The notes under the pieces are model-generated. The model ran no database searches, had not been told where the DNA came from, and was given only the letters and a program-made list of their open reading frames with translations. Below are positions 16,495 to 24,273 of a stretch of DNA of 24,273 bases, piece after piece. Source of the stretch: a virus (lineage: Duplodnaviria; Caudoviricetes); the IMG/VR virus record IMGVR_UViG_3300003793_000004, positions 1 to 24,273 of that record; one strand, given 5' to 3'. Position 1 is the first letter of the stretch, and every line of letters begins with the position of its first letter. The position numbers and the translations under genes were made by a program.

Positions 16495-19400
16495 TGGCAG
16501 AAGATACTAACATACCACAAGAGGCTGTACAAGATGCACCTCAACCTATTGATAATCTAGGTAAGTTATACAGTGTAGTTCATGAAGCAGGTTTATTTAC
16601 TAAGCCTATTAATGAATTTAGGCAGAAGTATAGTGAACCTAGTTCTATTGACAAGTTGTATAATGTTGTAAATGAAGCAGGTTATTTTACTAAGTCAAAG
16701 GATGATTTTTATCAAAAATACTATCCTGACTTAAAAAAAAAAGACGTTTCGCAACCTTCTTCAGTTGGTGGCGGTCAAAGTTCCCAATTACCATTACCTG
16801 CACAATTACCTTCGGGCGTTCCTCAAACTCCTGATGAAGTATTAAAAGCAGGGCTTAGTGGGAATGGGGTACAACCTGTAAATGCGCCACAAGCGGTAGA
16901 ACAGGCAGCGCAACAACAACCTTTAATTAAACCCGTTGTAAACAATGGACAACACTTCCTTCAAGGGATAGGTCAAGCTATTACTCAGCCTGTAAACCCT
17001 AATGCGCACGGAGTTAAACCCGCTAAAAGTGAAGCCCCTAGTATAGAGGATGCTATAAATAATACCGTTGAGAATAATATCAGGCAAAGACGTGGTGTTT
17101 ATGACAGTACACTTCCTGCTATTACCAAGGACGAAATAAATAAGGAAAAAGAAACGGTTATAAATGCCTATAAAAACGGTGATTTAGTCCCTCAGAAAGA
17201 AGGGGATAGGTCAGTATTAAAAAGAACGGGTACTGTTGCAGAAAACTTTTTAAACGGGCTTAATCAGGCATACCTTAATAATCAAAAAGCAGCTTTGTTG
17301 ACCAATGCTTCCAAAGAAGATGCGATAGACTTTTTAAATAGGGATGCTAAGGGACAAGTTAAGGCTTTTGAGTTAGGGGAAAACGATAAGGTTGCGCCTA
17401 ATGGAATGGCTGATGAAGCTGCAAAATATGTAGGTGAACAAGCAAATGCTTTATTAAAAGGAACTATTGGTGCAATGGCAGGTGCGGCTACTCCATTTAC
17501 AGGTGGTGGCAGTTTTGGTATGTTTGCATCCACGGCTAATGAAATGGCTAACCAAGGGTATGCAGATGCACTTGCAAAGAACTATTATGCTATAAAACAG
17601 CAACATCCTGAGCTAGATGATAGTGATGCGTATGACCAAGCTAAAAAATCGGCATTAGTTGGTGCCGCTATCAACTTAGGTACAAGTGCTTTGTTGTCAC
17701 ACGAAGTTGCCCCAAAAATACCAACCCCAACAGTAGAAGTTAATGGCGTAATTGATGGGATAAAACAATCTTTGACACACGCTGTAACATCTTCACCAAA
17801 AGTGATAGGTTCTTTTGCAGGTGGTTCTGTATTGAACGATTTAACTTCAAAAGTAGTAGGTAACGATGTATCTACAAAAGAGATATTAGATAATGCAGGT
17901 GAGGCTGCCAAAAATGGTGCTGTAATGCACTTTGGTATGTGGGCTTTAACTGAACCTGCTAAAATACCTTCATATATAAGACCTCAGATTGAAAACGTTG
18001 TTGCTTCTGCACCAAGGGAAGAAGTTAAGAAAGTGTATCAAGATGCGGAAGATGCAGGTCAGTTACCACAAGGTACTACTGATAATGTTATAAATACACT
18101 AACAGCATTCGATAAACAGAAAGCGATACTTGCACCATTTGCTATTTCAGAGGAAAAGAAAGCGGCTATTGCAGGAAAGTTAGTGCAGAAAGAAGCGTTG
18201 AAAACTCAATTAAAAGAATTATCTAGTCACGAAAATGCGTTCCCTGATAAAATACAAGAAATCAAGCAACAGATTGAAGGTATAGATAGCGATATAGCAG
18301 AAATGTATAAGGCTAAAGATGTGTTCTCTAAAGAGAAAGATAGCCTTACAGGTGACAGCCCAAAAACAGACATTTCTTCACCTCAAAATAGCGACAATGG
18401 CGAAATCAACGAAGCCGATGCCAAAACCCAAGCCGAAGAAGGGCAGCAAGGGGTATTAAGCGATCAGGCGCAAACGGGCAATGAAGGATTAAAAGATACA
18501 TTAGGTAAAAATGTTAAGGCTAATTCATTGCCAATAGATATATATAATGCAGTTGATAATGAAATTATATCTCACGACAAAATTGTAGGTGGTAGTGATG
18601 GGATTGAAATTAAGGTTAATAAAATTAACTATGATGAAAATGAGATACCTCGTTATATTGAAGGGGTAGTAACGTTTAGATTTAAAGGTGACAAATTTGA
18701 TACAGCGAAAAAAGTAGTAATTCCTATTGATGAATCTAAATTAACAAGTGAAGTATCTGTACCTAAAGAAGAAGTATCTGCACCTGTTTTGGAAGAAACT
18801 ACTATTGAAAAACAACCTCCTTCTGAGCCTGTACAAGAGGAACAACCTGTTGAAAAGAAGTTCACCGAAAGTGAGGATATTAACAGGATATATAATGAGT
18901 TGAAGGATAATTACGGAGAAAAAGATGGTGCAAAATATTATCAAGCAGCAATAAGATTAGTAAATCCTAATGAAAATACTATTGTAGATATACACAGAGG
19001 CGGCGTAGTCGTAAAAGAAGGAGATAGGTATATACTAAAACCTTTCTATGATACTGATGGCAGTTCTAAGAATATAAAAATACTAAAAAATGGTAATGAT
19101 GTTACGGATATATATGGTAAAAAAGAAGAACAGCCGCAAGTAAGCACCAAGTCGGCACCAAGTGAGGATGGCAATACCAATGACATAACCACAGTTAGGC
19201 ATCTAGCAGATTTAGAAGCAGAACAACGACAAGGGTTATTATCAGGTGCCGTATTCTCTTCTTTAGAAAAGGGCGATAAATTTAAAGTAGGCGGAGTTGA
19301 ATATACTGTTGAAGGCAAAACAAAGCCTACTACAAAATCTTATGTAGACAAAAACGGCAAAACAGTTGAATATAAGAGTTCGTCTATAAAGATTAAAGGT

Positions 19401-22400
19401 ACAGATGGCAAGCCTATTACAGCAGAGTTTAGAGAATACGAAAACGGTTCCGGAAGTTGGATGGGTAGAGGTCAGACAAGAGACTCAGATAGATGGGGGC
19501 AATTAAGCAGAAATATTGAAGGGGATATATCTGTCGACCTTTTAAATGAAAATAATCCATTCCACGATAAGTCTGATAGTTTTAAGTTAGCGCAAAAGAA
19601 TATTGACAAGATAAACGAATTGACTAATAAGGAACAACCACAAGAAGAGCCAAAATCTGAAACTAAAGCGCAAATAGGGAAAAATGTTGAGGTCAAGCAT
19701 TTAGATGCTACATACCGAATAGCCTCATTACGAGATACAGACCCCATGTATAAACAAGGTTTTAGGTACGAGGTAACAATATATTACCCCGAATCTTTGG
19801 GGGAAAATGGGAATTATTCAGATGGAAACTTATATAAAGAAGTCCCTACTGAGCAGCAAATTACAAAAGATATAACCTCTACTATTAATTATGAACTTGA
19901 ACAGTTAAATGAAAAAGACTATTTATCTGGTAGAGAAGAAAAAATAAAAGAAGCCCTTAAATCAGTTAAGGAATCATTAGATGGGAATACTAAAGAACCC
20001 TCCACCTCAAAAGGTAGCGACATTTCAAAAGATGATTTTAAAAACCATATTTTAGATGTAGTTGCCAATGTAAAAGATAATCACTTCACGCACAGAATAA
20101 CCGTTGAAGGATTAAATCAAGCAGGTATCGAACAAGCGGTAAGAAATATTAGAGAAGGAAAGAATACTGCTGCTGCTAGGAAACTTCTTGCTGCCATTGA
20201 TGATATGTACGAGAATAAGTACGTTCCAATGAATACCTCAGCAGGTGGTTTATCTGATAGAATAGGTATCCCATTTGATGAATATTTCGATGCTACTCCG
20301 CAAGACCTAAGCGATGCTTTTAACCTTATCAAAACAGTTCCAGAAGAAAGTTTAGATAAGGCAGCAGAAATTATGACCAAAGAGGGCATAAATTCGCAAA
20401 ATATTAATTCACCCGAAATTAAAAATCTCTTTTATGAGTTCGATAGCGACTACACCCCCGATGACTACAACGCAATCAAGCAAAAATTATCAGAAAGCGT
20501 TGATAATAGCGAAAATGATAAACAAGGCAAAGAAGAACGGAACAGTACCACCGTTGAACAGCCAAAGTCGGAATCTGCCTCACCTTCCCAAACCACCGAA
20601 GGAGAAACTACCACACGAGGCACTACCGAAGGAAAGGCTACCGAAGATGCCAAAAGTGAATCCGACAAACAACGTACAGCAACCGTCGACACAGGAACTG
20701 AAACCGGCAAGGGAACGGGCGATGGGAAGCAGTCAGGACAGTCCGGACGTGAATCCGTAGAGAAAGCAGGTGAGGTTAAAGAAAAGTTTTATAAGGCTGC
20801 TGAAAAAATCCGTAAGGGAAAAATTGATGATGATATTTTAATGAGTGGTATTCCATTTGCAAAAGAAGTATGGAATGGCGCAGTTGATGTGTTTGCAAAT
20901 ACCATTGAATTAACAGGAGATGCAGCACAAGCGTTGTCTAACGCTTTAGACCATATCCGTGAATCAGACTGGTATAAAGGTTTAGCCACTAACGAACAAA
21001 GAGAACGGGCTGAAAGTAGATTTAAAAAAGACTATGAAGAAGTAGATGTCGAAAATTTGGTTAGTGGTGGCGGTGGAAATACTATCGGCGTAAACCACGC
21101 TTCGCTTAATGATTTAGCAGAAAGATTAGGATTACCACCAATAGAAAGGGGAACTATATTAACTCCAGAGCAATATGCTGATAGGGGTAGGGCTTTATTA
21201 AATGCAGGGGCAGACCCGTACAATCTTGACGAATATAAGGGAGAAATAGAAGATAAGATTTCTATTGCCAGAGCGCACGAGGAGATACTTGCCAAAAAAG
21301 CCGATGCTATCAAGGATAAGAATAGCCAAGAGTATAAAGATGCTGCAAAGGAACTTTATAACTACTCTAAAGATGTTGTAAAGCCATTAGGAACAAAGTT
21401 TGCTGCAATAGGTACATCATTACAAGGTGTTAGAAACATTGACACAGATAGCTTCACTTCTGTTAGTCGTCAAGTGCAAGATAATAGCGGTAGCGACTTA
21501 ACCCCTAAGCAAACCGCAGATATTGAAAAGCTAACTAACACAATCAAAGACTTAAAAACAAGGCTAGAGCAAGCCGAAAATAGGTTTAATGATGCGGCAG
21601 ATGCTGTACATAACAATCCTGATACTGTTGATAATGCCAAAGCGTTAAAAGATGCTGAGGATAAATTCAATAACCTACAAAAAGAACACGATGCAATAAA
21701 AGCTGAACTTGAAAAGCTAAAAGAGCAAAATAACAAGCCAAAAGAAAATACCCCTGCTAAGGGTAAATTTGAGGAAAGAAAGGAAATAAGGAAGGAACTT
21801 GTAGAAAAGATTGATAAGAGATTGAAAGACAAATTTCAGTCTGTAAGGGATAAATTGAAAGCTCAAAGAAGTCAATTTAATGCCAATCCTATTCCATTGG
21901 ATATTGTACCTGATTTAGTTCATATCGCAAAAGATTTAGTTGCTAAGGGTGTGATAAAAGCTGCCGACATAGTTGATACTATTTATCACGAATTAAAAGA
22001 AGATTTAGGCGATGCAACTGCAAGAGATTTAAGGGATGCTATTAGTCAATATGGCAAAATAACTAAACCTAGTGAAGATCCAAACGACAAAGCATTCGCA
22101 GAAGCTAAGGCTACTATGCGTTTATTATCTGCTATTGAAGATGCAAATAACGGTACACCCCCATTAAAAAGTGGTTTTCAAAGACCAGAACCTTCTCCGG
22201 ATTTAAGAGATTTGCGTAAACAACTTAACGATGCTATTAAGAAAAATCAGATAAATGCTATTGATGGCGAAAAGCACATGAAGTCTTTGCTTGATGCCGC
22301 TAAAAAACGTATGCAAAATGCTATTGATGATTTAACTAGGGCTATTGATAATAATGAAAAGCTTCCTAAGCGTGAAAGTGGTATCAAATATGATGAGGAA

Positions 22401-24179
22401 GCCAATAAGTTAAGAGAAAAGCGAAAAGAGCTTAGAAGCCAATACGATAAAATGTTCGGTACTGATAAAGAACTTACGCCGGAAGAAAAAGAACAGCGTA
22501 GGTTTAATCAGTTGCAAGCACAATTAGAGGATTTACAAAATGGCGTAGTTAAAAATAAAAGTACAGACAAGATTACATCTGATAGGATAGAAGAATTGAA
22601 AGCTCAAATAGCTAAGATAAAAGGAGATAATACTTTAAAATCCCTACAAGCCCAATTTGCAGACAAGCAGGATAATAAATTTACGCCTCAGCAAGCAAAA
22701 GATATTTGGAACTATATGAAAGAAAACTACCTTAATAAAGGGGTAAAATATGTAGATGCCATAAAACTTGTTGGGAATGATTTAGGGCTATCTTTTAATC
22801 AAGTTAGTCACGCTATTGTAACTCCTAAACTAAAACCTATTATGGATGCAGTTTGGAAAAATAGAAGCGATTTGGCAAAACATAGGGCTGCTACTCAAAG
22901 GTATATTAGTGAACAACAACAGAACCCGGCATTAAAGGCATTTAAGAAAATTACCAATGGTATAAGAGAGGCTGCTGTGTTTGGTCACGGTGGGGTATTT
23001 GTAGGCACTCACGCAGGTATGACGATGTTTGACAATCCGACAAGAGCAATACATACCATAAAAGCTTTTTTCAATGCGTATAAGTTAGCGTATGGTAAAA
23101 CTGCAACCTATGAAAAAATGATGACTGAACTTAAAAATGAAGATAACTATGTGATGGCGCAAAGGGCGGGGCTTAAAAACAATCCTGACCAAATAAATTC
23201 AGATAGCGAAATTCATAAGCCAATGTTTGGCAGACTTTCAGAATCAGGCGTAAGAGGGTTTAATTCTATTAAAATACTAAGACAAGCACTATTCGATGCG
23301 CATTGGAATAACTTATCTGCCGCAGATAAAGCGGTAGTAGGTAAAGATGGAATTTCATTAGCAGCTAAAGAAATAGCTAGAGAAATAAATCTTGCTACTG
23401 GTGCCACAACAGTTAAACTTCCTGAAGTAGTTAACGATGTGACATTTGCAGGTGGCATGGAAGCAGCTAGATGGCAAAAGCTATTACAAAACCCTGTATT
23501 AGCAGCTAACTCTGCATATAAAATACTCCTTAATCCAAGTAAAGCCACTGTTGCAGATAAAGTGTTTTTAAAAGTATGGGCTAGTAGGGTCGGATGGCAG
23601 TTAGGATTATATGCAGCAGCATTGGGCGTAAATGCAGCTATTCAAAGTCAAAAAAATCCAAATAATAAAGTAAACTTTACTGATTGGAAAAAATCAGATT
23701 GGTTGAAATATAAGTTTGGTGATAAAACAGTAGCAGATGTTACTTCAGGAATGCTTTCTCCTATACATTTATTGGCTATGTTACAACAAGCAGGGAGTAG
23801 TACAAGAAAAGAAAGACATGGCGATACTGAGGCACAGGCTTATGGAAATACAATGTTCCATTATGTGAGAGGTAAATTAGCTCCTGGATATTCTTTAATG
23901 ACAGACTTAGCGACCAAACATGACTTTATGGGCAATACGCTTCCTTTTTATAGCGAAAATCCTGATAACAAGTTTAGTCACAAATTGACTTATCCTGAAT
24001 ATTTATGGAGTAAAGCTCCATTGCCTGTTGCAGAAGCAGCAAAGATTACTTATGAAAGCGCACACGATAATGGAGTAGATGATAAAACATTCAAAAATTT
24101 TTGGAAAGGCGCAGGATATGGTGCGTTAAGTGGTACAACAGGATTTAAGGTTTATGAAAATAATAACCATACTAAATAA
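16494..24179 (+). CDS. giant ejected / large polyvalent virion protein (2561 aa)
   Basis: Cys-free; N-terminal repeats, Gly/Ala hydrophobic helices, acidic linkers, long coiled coils, C-terminal KLAPGYSLMTDLATKHDFMGN reminiscent of LPD38-type termini. Confidence 0.8.
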   Translation: MAEDTNIPQEAVQDAPQPIDNLGKLYSVVHEAGLFTKPINEFRQKYSEPSSIDKLYNVVNEAGYFTKSKDDFYQKYYPDLKKKDVSQPSSVGGGQSSQLPLPAQLPSGVPQTPDEVLKAGLSGNGVQPVNAPQAVEQAAQQQPLIKPVVNNGQHFLQGIGQAITQPVNPNAHGVKPAKSEAPSIEDAINNTVENNIRQRRGVYDSTLPAITKDEINKEKETVINAYKNGDLVPQKEGDRSVLKRTGTVAENFLNGLNQAYLNNQKAALLTNASKEDAIDFLNRDAKGQVKAFELGENDKVAPNGMADEAAKYVGEQANALLKGTIGAMAGAATPFTGGGSFGMFASTANEMANQGYADALAKNYYAIKQQHPELDDSDAYDQAKKSALVGAAINLGTSALLSHEVAPKIPTPTVEVNGVIDGIKQSLTHAVTSSPKVIGSFAGGSVLNDLTSKVVGNDVSTKEILDNAGEAAKNGAVMHFGMWALTEPAKIPSYIRPQIENVVASAPREEVKKVYQDAEDAGQLPQGTTDNVINTLTAFDKQKAILAPFAISEEKKAAIAGKLVQKEALKTQLKELSSHENAFPDKIQEIKQQIEGIDSDIAEMYKAKDVFSKEKDSLTGDSPKTDISSPQNSDNGEINEADAKTQAEEGQQGVLSDQAQTGNEGLKDTLGKNVKANSLPIDIYNAVDNEIISHDKIVGGSDGIEIKVNKINYDENEIPRYIEGVVTFRFKGDKFDTAKKVVIPIDESKLTSEVSVPKEEVSAPVLEETTIEKQPPSEPVQEEQPVEKKFTESEDINRIYNELKDNYGEKDGAKYYQAAIRLVNPNENTIVDIHRGGVVVKEGDRYILKPFYDTDGSSKNIKILKNGNDVTDIYGKKEEQPQVSTKSAPSEDGNTNDITTVRHLADLEAEQRQGLLSGAVFSSLEKGDKFKVGGVEYTVEGKTKPTTKSYVDKNGKTVEYKSSSIKIKGTDGKPITAEFREYENGSGSWMGRGQTRDSDRWGQLSRNIEGDISVDLLNENNPFHDKSDSFKLAQKNIDKINELTNKEQPQEEPKSETKAQIGKNVEVKHLDATYRIASLRDTDPMYKQGFRYEVTIYYPESLGENGNYSDGNLYKEVPTEQQITKDITSTINYELEQLNEKDYLSGREEKIKEALKSVKESLDGNTKEPSTSKGSDISKDDFKNHILDVVANVKDNHFTHRITVEGLNQAGIEQAVRNIREGKNTAAARKLLAAIDDMYENKYVPMNTSAGGLSDRIGIPFDEYFDATPQDLSDAFNLIKTVPEESLDKAAEIMTKEGINSQNINSPEIKNLFYEFDSDYTPDDYNAIKQKLSESVDNSENDKQGKEERNSTTVEQPKSESASPSQTTEGETTTRGTTEGKATEDAKSESDKQRTATVDTGTETGKGTGDGKQSGQSGRESVEKAGEVKEKFYKAAEKIRKGKIDDDILMSGIPFAKEVWNGAVDVFANTIELTGDAAQALSNALDHIRESDWYKGLATNEQRERAESRFKKDYEEVDVENLVSGGGGNTIGVNHASLNDLAERLGLPPIERGTILTPEQYADRGRALLNAGADPYNLDEYKGEIEDKISIARAHEEILAKKADAIKDKNSQEYKDAAKELYNYSKDVVKPLGTKFAAIGTSLQGVRNIDTDSFTSVSRQVQDNSGSDLTPKQTADIEKLTNTIKDLKTRLEQAENRFNDAADAVHNNPDTVDNAKALKDAEDKFNNLQKEHDAIKAELEKLKEQNNKPKENTPAKGKFEERKEIRKELVEKIDKRLKDKFQSVRDKLKAQRSQFNANPIPLDIVPDLVHIAKDLVAKGVIKAADIVDTIYHELKEDLGDATARDLRDAISQYGKITKPSEDPNDKAFAEAKATMRLLSAIEDANNGTPPLKSGFQRPEPSPDLRDLRKQLNDAIKKNQINAIDGEKHMKSLLDAAKKRMQNAIDDLTRAIDNNEKLPKRESGIKYDEEANKLREKRKELRSQYDKMFGTDKELTPEEKEQRRFNQLQAQLEDLQNGVVKNKSTDKITSDRIEELKAQIAKIKGDNTLKSLQAQFADKQDNKFTPQQAKDIWNYMKENYLNKGVKYVDAIKLVGNDLGLSFNQVSHAIVTPKLKPIMDAVWKNRSDLAKHRAATQRYISEQQQNPALKAFKKITNGIREAAVFGHGGVFVGTHAGMTMFDNPTRAIHTIKAFFNAYKLAYGKTATYEKMMTELKNEDNYVMAQRAGLKNNPDQINSDSEIHKPMFGRLSESGVRGFNSIKILRQALFDAHWNNLSAADKAVVGKDGISLAAKEIAREINLATGATTVKLPEVVNDVTFAGGMEAARWQKLLQNPVLAANSAYKILLNPSKATVADKVFLKVWASRVGWQLGLYAAALGVNAAIQSQKNPNNKVNFTDWKKSDWLKYKFGDKTVADVTSGMLSPIHLLAMLQQAGSSTRKERHGDTEAQAYGNTMFHYVRGKLAPGYSLMTDLATKHDFMGNTLPFYSENPDNKFSHKLTYPEYLWSKAPLPVAEAAKITYESAHDNGVDDKTFKNFWKGAGYGALSGTTGFKVYENNNHTK
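16563..16721 (+). repeat. 30-aa-period tandem repeat x2 at N-terminus of the giant protein
   Basis: KLYSVVHEAGLFTKPINEFRQKY and KLYNVVNEAGYFTKSKDDFYQKY, 90 bp apart. Confidence 0.9.
18397..18459 (+). CDS. candidate overprinted basic micropeptide MAKSTKPMPKPKPKKGSKGY (+1 frame)
   Basis: ATG with A at -3 and A-rich leader; 7 Lys and 4 Pro in 20 aa; local GC-richer codon shift confined to this interval. Confidence 0.5.
   Translation: MAKSTKPMPKPKPKKGSKGY
20515..20760 (+). CDS. candidate overprinted Lys/Pro-rich protein (+1 frame, 81 aa; frame open from 20434)
   Basis: MINKAKK...LPHLPKPPKEKLPHEALPKERLPKMPK; coincides with a GC-richer low-complexity stretch of the host ORF. Confidence 0.4.
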   Translation: MINKAKKNGTVPPLNSQSRNLPHLPKPPKEKLPHEALPKERLPKMPKVNPTNNVQQPSTQELKPARERAMGSSQDSPDVNP

Positions 24180-24208
24180 AAAACCTCCCGTATAAAAATA
24201 CAGGAGGT
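24172..24208 (-). terminator. intrinsic terminator hairpin
   Basis: ACCTCCCGTAT-AAAA-ATACAGGAGGT (24183-24208); on the minus strand the C/A mismatch becomes a G-U pair and the stem is followed by UUUUUUAUUU. Confidence 0.7.
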
Positions 24209-24273
24209 ACGCTATTCATTTATGAAAAAAATCTAACCCAAAACAAAAGTAAGCCTATTTTGTAAATAACAAA

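Noticed and set aside
19168-19188. +1-frame ATG GCA ATA CCA ATG ACA TAA
   Set aside because: Only 6 codons and lacks the start context of the two overprinted candidates.
17282-23548. Many 60-120 aa minus-strand ORFs within the giant gene
   Set aside because: Ser/Leu/Phe-rich antisense mirrors of the coding frame with no independent expression signals.
1-24273. Stop-codon reassignment as in some crAss-like phages
   Set aside because: The standard code gives dense, uninterrupted ORFs up to 2561 aa; the split-gene junctions use TAA, not TAG/TGA.
1-24273. CRISPR array, tRNA, rRNA or diversity-generating retroelement
   Set aside because: No regularly spaced repeats, cloverleaf, RT gene or adenine-specific TR/VR pair seen; fibre repeats differ mostly at synonymous positions.

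Overview
AT-rich, densely coding fragment of a tailed (podovirus-type) phage genome, most likely infecting Bacteroidota and resembling crAss-like or related Flavobacteria/Chitinophaga phages. Evidence for the host: TTTG...TAnnTTTG promoters, A-rich starts mostly without Shine-Dalgarno, and a Q-rule signal peptide. Order: a ~590 bp regulatory/possible origin region with divergent promoters; small early/middle genes including a RuvC-like resolvase, RepL-like wHTH protein, SSB and GroES; a two-gene minus-strand island; then a late operon with a tandem GroES-like protein, tail ring-like proteins, a 1174 aa tail muzzle/stabilisation protein and three probable ejected proteins (221, 629, 2561 aa), ending at a hairpin. 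Most unusual: (1) a ring-protein gene that appears split in two by a nested signal-peptide-bearing tail-fibre-like gene, with all three ORFs in one reading frame; (2) two Lys/Pro-rich +1-frame ORFs overprinted in the giant ejected-protein gene, sharing a near-identical start context. Family calls come from motif recognition and synteny only; no database search was run.
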